Below, in pieces: positions 8,735 through 19,096 of a stretch of 64,000 nt of DNA. How positions within the stretch are numbered: position 1 is the stretch's first letter; each line of letters begins with the position of its first letter. The notes below the pieces were generated by a model. That model ran no database searches and was not told the DNA's origin. It saw nothing but the letters and a program-made list of their open reading frames with translations. Both the position numbers and the translations under genes were made by a program. This stretch comes from Abditibacteriaceae bacterium. GTDB taxonomy: Bacteria; Armatimonadota; Abditibacteriia; Abditibacteriales; Abditibacteriaceae. The DNA is taken from contig OZ255721.1 of assembly GCA_965277285.1 (NCBI GenBank), positions 64,001 through 128,000 on the forward strand. The letters are read 5' to 3'.

Positions 8735-10405
8735 ATGAAAAATTTTGCTCTTCGTTTATTCTTTTTCGTCGCCCTATTTTTTGCGATTTTTTCTGTGCCG
8801 CTACGCGCGCAAACCAATCCCGAAGACGCGCCGCTGTCCGATCAGGCGCCAGCTTTGCCGCCTGCAAAAACGCCGTCGCCAGTTGCCAAGCTATCAGTGA
8901 AGCCCTCGGCAACACCGCGACCTTCGCTGCCGAAAGCGAAACCTGCAACGTCGCCGAAAGCAATTCCTGCGAAAGTCGCGGCACCGAAAGTTGCGCCCGT
9001 GCGAACTCCGGCGCCGAAACCTTTGGCTGCTCGTCCGACGCCCGCGCCGATTAAAACTTTCACGCCGCACTCTCGCGTTTCTCAACCCGCGCCAGCGAAA
9101 ATAGCGCCGCCAAAACCGGCGCCGGTTCAATCTTCGTTGCCAAAAAGTGCACCCGCGAAAGTGCCGCCTAAAAGTGCTGCGCCTAAAAGCGCGCCCGTTG
9201 CACCAGTCGCGCCTGCGCCCAATGTCGCGCCGGAAGATGCGCCGCTCAGCGATGATGCGCCTGGCGAGAATCCCGCGCCCGTTGCTAATTCGAGTACTGG
9301 AACGGCGCCCAATGCGGCCAATCCAGCGGCACCGAACGCCGCGCTAAATGCACCGACAAGCGCCATTCCAAACGGAGCGCCAAATGCGCCCGCAAATGGT
9401 AGCGCGGCAAATGTCGCCAAGAGCACGAAACCGAATGCGTCCGGCGCGACAAACTCTGTTAGCAACGCGGCCAACGCGGAAAATTCGACGTTGAACGATT
9501 CGACTTCTTCCGATACAACATCGCCGGACGAGGCCTCGGTTGGCGATCAAGAGACCACGCATCACACGCTGAAAGATTATTTGAACGTCGCGCAATCGTT
9601 TCGCGGAACCGACAACGGTTTCATGCGGCAAGCGTTGTTTTCCGGCTTGCTGGTCGCGTTGTTTTGCTCGTATTTAGGTTTATATGTCGTGTTGAAACGC
9701 ACGATTTTCGTCAGCGTGGCGCTCGCCGAAATGAGTTCGGCGGGCGTGGCGCTCGGGCTTTTGATGGGATTTTCGCCATCGTGGGGCGCGGCTATTTTTA
9801 CTTTGCTGGGCGTGATTTTGTTTTCCTTGCGCATTTCGCCGCGCCGCGTGCCGCACGAAAGTTACATCGGCTTGATTTACTGCGTGGCGGGCGCGCTGGG
9901 CATTTTGCTGATCGCGCGCAGTGCGCAGGGCGAATCGCATATGTTGACGCTGCTGCAAGGCGATGTCTTGACTGGAACCGCGCAGGAAACCTGGCAAATG
10001 GCGGGCGCTTTTGCGGTCGTCGCACTGATTCACATCTTGTTCCATAAAGAGTTCGTGCTGGTTTCTTTCGACCGCGACCAGGCCGCGACTTTGGGGTTTC
10101 GACCCGCTTTCTGGGAGTTTTTGTTGTTCCTCACGATTGGCGTCGTCATCGCGTTTTCTGTCCGCGCCGTCGGCGTTTTGCTGGCGACGGCGCTCCTCAT
10201 TGTTCCCGGCATGACGGCGTTGTTGTGGACGCATCGCCTGAAAAAAGCGTGGCTCGTCGCCGCAGTTCTGGCGATTATTCCGATTCCTCTGGGCTTGCAC
10301 TTTTCGCTGCTCAGCGATTCTTTGCCGCCGTCGCCCTTGATTGTCGCGTTGTCGTTTCTGATTTTGCTGCCTTCGTTGCTATACTACGCGGTGCGAAAAA
10401 CCTGA
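8735..10405 (+). CDS. Metal ABC transporter permease (ZnuB/MntB-like) with a long Pro/Ala-rich N-terminal extension
   Basis: C-terminal half FMRQAL..GLYVVLKR..ALAE..SAGVALG, SFDRDQA, VRAVGVLL; N-terminal signal peptide and about 270 aa of low complexity. Confidence 0.85.
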   Translation: MKNFALRLFFFVALFFAIFSVPLRAQTNPEDAPLSDQAPALPPAKTPSPVAKLSVKPSATPRPSLPKAKPATSPKAIPAKVAAPKVAPVRTPAPKPLAARPTPAPIKTFTPHSRVSQPAPAKIAPPKPAPVQSSLPKSAPAKVPPKSAAPKSAPVAPVAPAPNVAPEDAPLSDDAPGENPAPVANSSTGTAPNAANPAAPNAALNAPTSAIPNGAPNAPANGSAANVAKSTKPNASGATNSVSNAANAENSTLNDSTSSDTTSPDEASVGDQETTHHTLKDYLNVAQSFRGTDNGFMRQALFSGLLVALFCSYLGLYVVLKRTIFVSVALAEMSSAGVALGLLMGFSPSWGAAIFTLLGVILFSLRISPRRVPHESYIGLIYCVAGALGILLIARSAQGESHMLTLLQGDVLTGTAQETWQMAGAFAVVALIHILFHKEFVLVSFDRDQAATLGFRPAFWEFLLFLTIGVVIAFSVRAVGVLLATALLIVPGMTALLWTHRLKKAWLVAAVLAIIPIPLGLHFSLLSDSLPPSPLIVALSFLILLPSLLYYAVRKT

Positions 10406-10439
10406 AGCGCAACTCATATTCGAGCGTTTCCTTTTCTTT

Positions 10440-11498
10440 ATGATGCAAATCGAAACGTTCCGGCGCCATTTTCAAACCCATCTCGACAGCTTTATCGCGC
10501 GCAAAACCAATTCTTATTCCTCGTTGACCGACGACGCGTTTTTGCGCGCCTTGCTCGATTATCCTGCGCGTTTGGCGAGCGCAAAAGGCAAGCGTATTCG
10601 CCCTTACGTCGCTTATTTGATGTATTGCTCGTGTGAAGAAAACGACCGCGAAAACGCGATTCGAGTACTCGTTGCGCTCGAACTGTTCCATTTGTTCTGC
10701 CTGATTCACGACGATATTATCGACAAAGGCACGCAGCGTTACGGCTTGCCGACGATTCATCATTTCGCGTCCGAGCAAATGCGCCTGGACAATCGTTCCA
10801 GCGAACACGCGCACATCGGCGATTCGCACGCGCTGCTCATCGGCGACCTGGTTTTTTCGTGGGCGCACGAAGCCTTGAATAACGGCGATTTTCCGCATCG
10901 AGTACTCGAAAAGGCGCGTCAAACGTTTCAAAAAATGATTGACGAAGTCGTCATCGGCCAAATGCTGGATGTCGATTTGATGACGCAGCGCCGCACCACG
11001 CGCGAAACTATCGAACAGAAAATCAAGCTGAAAACCGCGAGTTATACGTTTGTGCGCCCGATGCAAATCGGCGCGGCGTTGGCGCAGGGCGATTGCGACG
11101 GGTTTTGCGACGAACTGGGGAACGCTCTCGGCATGGCGTTTCAAGTGCAGGACGACTTGTTGGATTTGGTCGGCACGCCGCGTACCACGCAAAAAACCCT
11201 CTTCGCCGATTTGCGCGACGGCACGCACACATTGTTCACGCAGCACATTTTAGAAAGCGGCGATGAGCGCGACATCGCCGAACTGCGCTCTTTAATGGGC
11301 GCCAATTTGACGAGCGACGACCGCGAACGAGTACTCGAATTGTTTGGCAGAAGTGGTGCGCTGGAAACCGGACGCGAAATCGTTCAGACAAATCTTCATC
11401 TCGCCAAAGCTTTGATCAACGATGGCACCTTGCGCGCGCCCGAACGTGACGGCTTCTGCGAACTGATTTCTCTTTTAGAAGCGCGCGACAGAAAATAA
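10440..11498 (+). CDS. crtE: Polyprenyl (probably geranylgeranyl) diphosphate synthase
   Basis: GKRIRP, LIHDDIID, GQMLD, KTASYT, FQVQDDLLD; adjacent to crtB. Confidence 0.85.
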   Translation: MMQIETFRRHFQTHLDSFIARKTNSYSSLTDDAFLRALLDYPARLASAKGKRIRPYVAYLMYCSCEENDRENAIRVLVALELFHLFCLIHDDIIDKGTQRYGLPTIHHFASEQMRLDNRSSEHAHIGDSHALLIGDLVFSWAHEALNNGDFPHRVLEKARQTFQKMIDEVVIGQMLDVDLMTQRRTTRETIEQKIKLKTASYTFVRPMQIGAALAQGDCDGFCDELGNALGMAFQVQDDLLDLVGTPRTTQKTLFADLRDGTHTLFTQHILESGDERDIAELRSLMGANLTSDDRERVLELFGRSGALETGREIVQTNLHLAKALINDGTLRAPERDGFCELISLLEARDRK

Positions 11499-11501
11499 TT
11501 C

Positions 11502-11680
11502 ACCGCGAAGAACGCGAAGAAAAAGAAAGGATAGGAGAATCAAATACTCGAAACTTACAGTTGTGTCATTCTGAGCGCAGCGAAGAATCTATGTTCAGTT
11601 AGATTCTTCGCTGCGCTCAGAATGACACAGTATTAATTTTGAGGACGCGATTCTTTTTTTTTCTTCGCGCTCTTCGCGGT
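11502..11680. repeat. Composite intergenic repeat with the same inner hairpin (11562-11629) in opposite orientation
   Basis: Inner arms match 7695-7758; loop tgttcagt is the reverse complement of actgaaca; outer accgcgaagaacgcgaag / cttcgcgctcttcgcggt. Confidence 0.88.
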
Positions 11681-11688
11681 TCAACACA

Positions 11689-12582
11689 ATGAATCATCCC
11701 AAAGAGCTGGCGCCCGACTTTGAAATTGCGCGCAGGCTGCATCAAAAACACGGCACCAGTTATTATTTTGCCACCAAGTTCTTTCCGCGCGAACAGCGTA
11801 TGGCGACGTGGGCGCTTTATGCGTTTTTTCGCGTGCCGGACGAAATTGTCGATAATCTGCCACAGAATACGCCACAGGAAATCGCGCACGTTAAAGACGA
11901 AATTCATCGTTTCCGCGACCAGTGGCACCAGGCGTATCAAACGCAGAAATCGGACGATGCCGTGTTGCGCGTGGCGAGTTATGTTTGTCACAAATACAAC
12001 ATTCCGTTCGAGTACTCGAATGCGTTTTTGGACGCGATGATCCTCGATTTGGAGAAAACCGAATACGCGAATTATGACGAACTCGAAAAATATATGTATG
12101 GCAGCGCGGCCTGCGTCGGCTTGATGATGAGCAGCGTCATCGGTTTTGTCGATGAAACCAAGCGCGAAATCGGGCTTCAACACGCCGCGCAATTGGGTTA
12201 CGCGATGCAATTGACCAACTTTCTGCGCGACATCGACGAAGATTATCTCGAACGAAAACGCGTTTACATGCCGCAAGACGAACTCGAAAAATTCGGCTTG
12301 AGTACTCGAACAATTGCCGAAAAAGAGTTTGACGATAACTTCCAGCAGTTTATGATCTGGCAAAGCCAACGCGCGCGAAAGTTGTACGAAGACGCCGCGC
12401 TGGGCATTCCAATGTTGAACTCTTACGGACGTTTTCCGGTTGCGTGCGCCAGTTCTCTTTACAGCGCTATTCTGGGGAAATTGGAACAACAAAACTGGAA
12501 TCCGTTTGTGGGGCGTGCGCGAACGAATAAATTCGAGAAATTGACGTTGGCGTGGCAAGCGAAACAAGGATTGAAAAGATGA
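11689..12582 (+). CDS. crtB: Phytoene synthase
   Basis: ALYAFFRVPDEIVD, AMQLTNFLRDIDED, RVYMPQDEL. Confidence 0.92.
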   Translation: MNHPKELAPDFEIARRLHQKHGTSYYFATKFFPREQRMATWALYAFFRVPDEIVDNLPQNTPQEIAHVKDEIHRFRDQWHQAYQTQKSDDAVLRVASYVCHKYNIPFEYSNAFLDAMILDLEKTEYANYDELEKYMYGSAACVGLMMSSVIGFVDETKREIGLQHAAQLGYAMQLTNFLRDIDEDYLERKRVYMPQDELEKFGLSTRTIAEKEFDDNFQQFMIWQSQRARKLYEDAALGIPMLNSYGRFPVACASSLYSAILGKLEQQNWNPFVGRARTNKFEKLTLAWQAKQGLKR

Positions 12583-12867
12583 AAGGCAAATCGTTTTACA
12601 CATTTATTCTTGAATTTGAAGGTGGCACTTACATTTCGCAATGTGAAGCGCAGCATCTGAAAAAGGCGATGCGGCAGTGGGCAACACAACTCGAAATTCA
12701 ACACATTCCTAATTTTACCCACACGATGAAAGAAAACTTGAAGAAAAGCTGTTGAGCACGAAGACGCAACACCTATTGAAGGTGTTACAAACGTCTGGTG
12801 TTTCGATATTCGTCCTTCCGATGACAAATTCTGTTTAGTCAACATAGTTAAAACAGACGATGAGTAA
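12579..12867 (+). pseudogene. Small hypothetical gene apparently split by a frameshift near 12745
   Basis: ATGA overlap with crtB; first frame YTFILEFEGGTYISQ...KKSC*; shifted frame continues AVEHEDATPIEGVTNVWC...LVNIVKTDDE* ending 9 nt before crtI. Confidence 0.55.
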
Positions 12868-12876
12868 ACCCAAATT

Positions 12877-14391
12877 ATGAACGAAAAAGTGGCGATTATT
12901 GGCGGCGGCATCGGCGGTTTGGCGACGGCGTGTTTGCTCGCTAAAAAAGGTTTCAAAGTACAATTGTTCGAGAAAAACGAACGCTTGGGCGGCGTCGCCA
13001 ATCAGTTTGAAGCGCAAGGTTTCACCTTCGATATGGGGCCGTCGTGGTATTTAATGCCGGACGTGTTCAAGAATTTTTTCGATTTGCTGGATGAGAAAGT
13101 GGAAGATCATCTCGATCTCGTCAGGCTCGATCCCAGTTATCGCATTTACTTCAAAGGCCAAGGTCGTCACTTCGATTTCGCTTCGGATATTGAACGCGAC
13201 GCGACGATTTTTGACGAATTGGAGCCAGGTTCGAGTACTCGATTGCGCGAATATCTGGAAAAATCGAAGTATCAATATAAAATCGCGCTCGGCGGTTTCA
13301 TGTACAAGAACTACGACACAGTTTTCGATTTTCTGAACAAGCAGACCGCCACTGAAGGCCGCGAACTCGAAGTGTTTTCGCCGATGCACAAATATGTGCA
13401 GAAGTTTTTCAAGGGCGATGAAGTGCAGAAAATCATGGAGTACCAGCTCGTGTTTTTGGGCAGTTCTCCCTACAATACGCCCGCGCTGTATAACATTATG
13501 AGCCACATCGATTTCAACATGGGCGTCTGGTATCCGATGGGCGGCATTCACCAGATTCCCAAAACCCTGCAGAAAATCGGTGAAAAATTGGGCGTCGAGT
13601 ACTTCACAACCGCGCCGGTCGAACGCATTTTAACCAAAGCCGGACGCCGCGCCAAAGGTGTTCGCCTGGAAGATGGACGCACCTTTGAAGCCGACATGAT
13701 TGTCGCTAACGCCAGCATCGAACACGTCGAGCGCAATTTGCTTTCGAGTCCGCATCGTTCGCATTCCGACCGCTATTGGGACACCAAAACTCTGGCGCCC
13801 TCAGCGTTTATTTTGTATTTGGGTTTGAAGGATAAAATCCCCAATATCGCGCATCACAACCTGATTTTTTCTGAAGATTGGAAGACGAACTTTGGCGAGA
13901 TTTTCGACCATCCGACATGGCCGACCGATCCGTCGTTTTACATTTGCGCGCCCAGCGTGACCGACCCGAACGTCGCGCCTGTAGGCAAGGAGAACTTGTT
14001 CGTTCTGGTTCCGATTGCGCCCGGCATGAAAGCCGACGCGCAATTTCTGGAAGATTACAAAAACAAAACGCTGGATGTGATGGAACGCGAAATGAAGATT
14101 CCGAACTTGCGCGAGCGCATCGAGTACTCGAAAACCTTCTGGACGCCGGATTTCGCCAGCCGCTATAACACTTTTCGCGGAACGGCTTTGGGTCTCGCGC
14201 ACACCATGACACAAACCGCGTTGTTGCGGCCAAATAACAAATCGAAGAAGTTGAAGAACTTGTTTTACGTCGGTGCCAATACCAATCCCGGAATCGGAAT
14301 GCCGATTCAGTTAATTAGTGCGGAACTGGCGTATAAACGCATTGTCGGCGACCGTTCGGCCAGTCATCTGCAAAGTTTGGATGCGCTGTGA
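12877..14391 (+). CDS. crtI: Phytoene desaturase family (CrtI/CrtD) oxidoreductase
   Basis: IIGGGIGGLA FAD fold, FDMGPSWYLMP, YPMGG, NLFYVGANTNPGIGMP. Confidence 0.9.
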   Translation: MNEKVAIIGGGIGGLATACLLAKKGFKVQLFEKNERLGGVANQFEAQGFTFDMGPSWYLMPDVFKNFFDLLDEKVEDHLDLVRLDPSYRIYFKGQGRHFDFASDIERDATIFDELEPGSSTRLREYLEKSKYQYKIALGGFMYKNYDTVFDFLNKQTATEGRELEVFSPMHKYVQKFFKGDEVQKIMEYQLVFLGSSPYNTPALYNIMSHIDFNMGVWYPMGGIHQIPKTLQKIGEKLGVEYFTTAPVERILTKAGRRAKGVRLEDGRTFEADMIVANASIEHVERNLLSSPHRSHSDRYWDTKTLAPSAFILYLGLKDKIPNIAHHNLIFSEDWKTNFGEIFDHPTWPTDPSFYICAPSVTDPNVAPVGKENLFVLVPIAPGMKADAQFLEDYKNKTLDVMEREMKIPNLRERIEYSKTFWTPDFASRYNTFRGTALGLAHTMTQTALLRPNNKSKKLKNLFYVGANTNPGIGMPIQLISAELAYKRIVGDRSASHLQSLDAL

Positions 14392-14463
14392 CATTCGCGC
14401 GGCGCGAGGGTTATATGCGACAATGAAGGCGACGTTCAACGCACCAATTGACAGGAGCATCCG

Positions 14464-15579
14464 ATGAAAAATCCTTCCAACGAACCGCAACCATGGGACG
14501 GCGCATCTTCCGAACCGTCCGCCTTTCAACCTTTGCCTGATGCGCCGCTTGCGTCTTCATCCAACGCGTCGCCAACCTTTGATGCGTCTGCAACCGTGTC
14601 CGGTACAACTTCTGGCATGGCGCCCGTTCCGACGCTCCAAACGAATATGACGCCAAAGAAGCCAGCGGCGCGTAGTGCGGTTTATACATGGGTAGCGGTG
14701 GGGCTTTTTCTGGTGCGTTTGGTGGTGTGGGGCGCCGATTCCTTCCACACGCATCAACAAAACAAGGGCATCGACATTTACAACAAGGGCATTGACGATA
14801 TGGACAAAGGCAACTCGTCACAGGCCATCAGCGAGTTTACGCAGGCCACGCAATCGGACACCGACAATTCGACTAAAGCTCTCGCTTACATCAATCGCGG
14901 CGTGGTTTATTTTCGTCAGAAAGACAATGACAAAGCCTTGTCCGATTTCAATCAGGCGGTGGCCTTGGATAGCAAGTCGGCGGATGCTTATTATAATCGC
15001 GGCCTGGTGGAGAACCGACAGGGGAAGTATGCCAAAGCCTTGCAAGACTTCGATCAGGCCACGGCGATTAAACCGAACGACGCCGACGTTGACAGTCAGC
15101 GCGCGCGGACTTACACCTTGATTTACAATAAAGGTGTGGACGACATGGATGCGGGTCGCACGTCGCAAGCTATCGGCGAGTTTACGCAGGTCACGAAATC
15201 GGCGGTCGAAAACTCGCTCAAAGCGCAGTCTTATCTAAATCGCGGCCTTGTTTATTTTCGGCAAAAAGACAACGCCAAAGCCTTGGCCGATTTCAATCAG
15301 GCGACATCTTTGGACGGCAAGCTGGCCGAAGCGTATTATGATCGCGGCCTGATTGACATCCGCCAGAATCAATACGCCAAAGCCGTACAAGACTTAAATC
15401 GGGCGGCCTCACTCAAGCCGAGCGACACCAACATTTACGATGATCGCGCGCGGGCTTACACCTTGCTCAAGCAATACGACAAAGCGTGGAGCGACATCCA
15501 GAAAAGCCGCGCTCTGGGCGGAAAACCGGACGCCGACCTCGCCAAATCATTGGAAACTTTGAGCAAAGAGAAAAAGTAG
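14464..15579 (+). CDS. Membrane-anchored tetratricopeptide repeat protein
   Basis: One TM segment, repeated AYYNRG/DFNQA TPR units, 345-bp internal tandem duplication. Confidence 0.85.
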   Translation: MKNPSNEPQPWDGASSEPSAFQPLPDAPLASSSNASPTFDASATVSGTTSGMAPVPTLQTNMTPKKPAARSAVYTWVAVGLFLVRLVVWGADSFHTHQQNKGIDIYNKGIDDMDKGNSSQAISEFTQATQSDTDNSTKALAYINRGVVYFRQKDNDKALSDFNQAVALDSKSADAYYNRGLVENRQGKYAKALQDFDQATAIKPNDADVDSQRARTYTLIYNKGVDDMDAGRTSQAIGEFTQVTKSAVENSLKAQSYLNRGLVYFRQKDNAKALADFNQATSLDGKLAEAYYDRGLIDIRQNQYAKAVQDLNRAASLKPSDTNIYDDRARAYTLLKQYDKAWSDIQKSRALGGKPDADLAKSLETLSKEKK

Positions 15580-15593
15580 AAGGAGTACTCGGA

Positions 15594-16580
<987 letters not shown>

Positions 16581-16590
16581 ATCGAGTACT

Positions 16591-16624
16591 CGACCTGCCA
16601 ATTTCCGGGATTGGCAGGTCGTTT
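16591..16624 (+). terminator. Probable intrinsic terminator after the aldo/keto reductase
   Basis: cgacctgccaat-ttccggg-attggcaggtcg followed by a short T run. Confidence 0.6.
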
Positions 16625-16639
16625 CAAAGGTCTGAAATA

Positions 16640-17086
16640 ATGGGGTTAGAAGCGCACGCATACAAAGGCACGGGAGAAGATTTTCGTAGTTTCTACTGCC
16701 GCGAAGATTCTGCTATCGAAATTGATCCCGTAGGTTCTTACCCACATATCTCAGAGGCCTTTTATCAAGGACTACAAGAAATTATCTACATCGGCTTGCC
16801 GAACTATAATTTTTACCATGATGGAATGTTTGACGCGCCCTGGATGTTGTTTGATGTTGCAGATGAAGAGTACATTTACAACAGAAGCAAACCCAATTTC
16901 TATTGGCTTCCAGACAAAGTGAAGCAAATATATGAAGCTGCCGATTGGCCTGCGCATCGCGTGAGAGTTGTTCAGAGATGCCGTGAGAACCCCTTCGATA
17001 TGGCGTATTCACTTGGTACTTTGGAGGGCGCGAGAATCTTTCTTCGCTTATGCGCAGAGCACGATTTAGGTATTTGGTTCGGCTGA
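16640..17086 (+). CDS. Hypothetical protein
   Basis: 148-aa ATG ORF filling the gap; lower GC; no motif recognised. Confidence 0.6.
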   Translation: MGLEAHAYKGTGEDFRSFYCREDSAIEIDPVGSYPHISEAFYQGLQEIIYIGLPNYNFYHDGMFDAPWMLFDVADEEYIYNRSKPNFYWLPDKVKQIYEAADWPAHRVRVVQRCRENPFDMAYSLGTLEGARIFLRLCAEHDLGIWFG

Positions 17087-17089
17087 CAA

Positions 17090-17938
17090 TCAGAAATGAA
17101 AGAAACGCGCAATCACAATCGCCCAGAACAGCACGAAACCAACGGTTGTATTGACAATTGGAAACCATTTGTAGATTTGTCGCACGCCGTCTTCATCATC
17201 GCTGCGCAGAGAAATCACCATCAGCGCGATGTAGATGATTCCGAGTAGCGGCGTCAAACGTCCGAGTACTCGAAAGGCGATTAGCGTTGAAGCGATGTAG
17301 AGCGCGGTGCAAAAAAGCAGCGTGCCGTAAAAACCCAAAAATGTGGCGACGGTTGGAACATTCGCCTGGCGGTCGGCGGAGATGTCGGGCGCGGCGGAAT
17401 AAGCGTGCATCGCCATCGCCCAACACCAGGCGGCAACAAAAAGCGCAACGTTGAAATTGTGGCCGCCGACCAAGAAATACGCGAAGACGCCAGGAAAAAC
17501 ATACAACACGTTGAAAATTGAATCGAGAATTGGCTTCGACTTGGCGCGAATCGGCGGCGCGGAATAGAACAAGCTGAAGAACAAAAAACCCGCCATTGCG
17601 CCAACGCATCGAGTACTCGAAAATGGCAGCAACAGCAGAAAAGGAAAGTTCGTCAGCGCGACGATTTTCCACAAAGTTGGGCGCTCGGGCGGGTGGAGCA
17701 GCGTTTCATATCTTTCTTTTTTGACGTTGCGAATGTCGGTTTCATAATCGAAAACATCGTTCACGCCATAAATCAAGATGTTGGCGGGAAACAGGAAGAA
17801 AAGTCCGAATGCAATGACCAGCAGCGTGCGCAAGTCGTTTAAGTGCGCGGCTCCAGCGACCAGACCGACAATATACGGGCCGAAAACGTAAATCCAGAAA
17901 CGCGGGCGGCTGAGGCGAAACAGTTTTTCTCGGGTCAC
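17090..17938 (-). CDS. UbiA-family prenyltransferase, lycopene elongase (LyeJ/CrtEb)-like
   Basis: LSRPRFWIY..GPY, YGVNDVFDYETD, YSAPPIRAK, HAYSAAPDISAD; multiple TM helices; carotenoid context. Confidence 0.8.
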   Translation of the reverse strand: MTREKLFRLSRPRFWIYVFGPYIVGLVAGAAHLNDLRTLLVIAFGLFFLFPANILIYGVNDVFDYETDIRNVKKERYETLLHPPERPTLWKIVALTNFPFLLLLPFSSTRCVGAMAGFLFFSLFYSAPPIRAKSKPILDSIFNVLYVFPGVFAYFLVGGHNFNVALFVAAWCWAMAMHAYSAAPDISADRQANVPTVATFLGFYGTLLFCTALYIASTLIAFRVLGRLTPLLGIIYIALMVISLRSDDEDGVRQIYKWFPIVNTTVGFVLFWAIVIARFFHF

Positions 17939-17998
17939 GCAGTAAGGGTAGCCAGAAGTTGGGATTTGTGAAAGGATAAAACGCGGATAAAAGCTGTT

Positions 17999-18024
17999 CA
18001 GCGAATCGAGTACTCGATTCGCTG
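17999..18024. repeat. 26-bp perfect palindrome centred on the iterated motif, in a divergent intergenic region
   Basis: CAGCGAATCGAGT|ACTCGATTCGCTG. Confidence 0.92.
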
Positions 18025-18121
18025 CTTTTTTGTGAGAAGCGTGGCGGGGCTGACGTCCTCTTCCAATCGGGTCGCCTCATAGATTGGAAGAAAGCGTCAG
18101 TCGCGTTATGTCGGATGAAAG

Positions 18122-18925
18122 ATGTTTGCGGTGTGCCGATCTGTGGTGAAATTAAAAAACTCTCGTTTTTGGTATGTCTTAGCCATTCCGTTGATGGCGA
18201 TAAACGGATGGTTTGTGGCCAATCTTCAGGTGCGCCCCGAATTAAAACCCTTCGCGGATCGTTCTGAAATCGCGCTTGTCTCCAGCGTTTTCGTGCTGGT
18301 TTTTGCGCTGCCATCATTTGTCGTGCTGGTGAAGTGGCTGCAAACGCGTGGCGTTTTCGCTTTGGTGGTGTTGGGCGTTTTCGCGGTGGCAATCGAAAGT
18401 TTCGCAGTCGTGACAGGTTTTCCGTACGGTCATTTTTCGTACGGCGCGAAAATCGGCGGCAAAATGTTCGGGCTTGTTCCATGGACAGTTCCTTTCGCCT
18501 GGACGCCGGTTTTGCTGGGTTCGTATGCTTTGGCGCGACGCAGCGTGCGCGACCGCGTGGGACGTTTGCCCTGGAAAACCGTTACGGCAACGGCTGTCAT
18601 TGCGACGTTGTTCGATGGCGTGCTCGATCCGGGCGCCGTTTCGCAGAGTTTTTGGTCGTATCGAAACGGCGGATTGTTTTATGGCGTGCCGCTGTCGAAT
18701 TTTGCGGGCTGGCTTTTGTCGGGTGCAATCGGCGCCTTGATCTTAGGTTATTTCGCGCAATGGCACGCGCGCGATTTGCCGCCCAAAGGTTTGCTGGCCA
18801 GCGCGTGGCTAATCATTTTGTTCTGGACAAGCGTTTGCGCCTGGTCGAAGTTGATGATTCCAGCGGTTCTGGGTGCGCTGCTTTGTCTGTGGATTGGAAG
18901 CGTCTTGCTCCGTGCCAAAAGTTGA
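18122..18925 (+). CDS. cruF: CruF-like carotenoid 1,2-hydratase (start may be GTG near 18146)
   Basis: E...V.TGFPYG.F.Y, VPWTVPFAW, D.VLDPGAV, YGVPLSNFAGW. Confidence 0.8.
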   Translation: MFAVCRSVVKLKNSRFWYVLAIPLMAINGWFVANLQVRPELKPFADRSEIALVSSVFVLVFALPSFVVLVKWLQTRGVFALVVLGVFAVAIESFAVVTGFPYGHFSYGAKIGGKMFGLVPWTVPFAWTPVLLGSYALARRSVRDRVGRLPWKTVTATAVIATLFDGVLDPGAVSQSFWSYRNGGLFYGVPLSNFAGWLLSGAIGALILGYFAQWHARDLPPKGLLASAWLIILFWTSVCAWSKLMIPAVLGALLCLWIGSVLLRAKS

Positions 18926-18940
18926 AATGTTTTGAACACC

Positions 18941-19056
18941 AACGAACCCGGGTGCCCTCGGGGCAGACGTAAGCGATGGGCTTGCTTAACAGCCACAAGA
19001 AACTACTAGTTCAGCCCATCGCTTACGTCTGCCCAGAGGGCACTACAGGTTCGCTA
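18941..19056. repeat. Long inverted repeat related to the AACGAACCC family
   Basis: gtgccctcggggcagacgtaagcgatgggct ... agcccatcgcttacgtctgcccagagggcac. Confidence 0.8.
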
Positions 19057-19096
19057 ACGTCTTTCGAGTACTCGATTCTTTATTGGTCTTTTTGTC

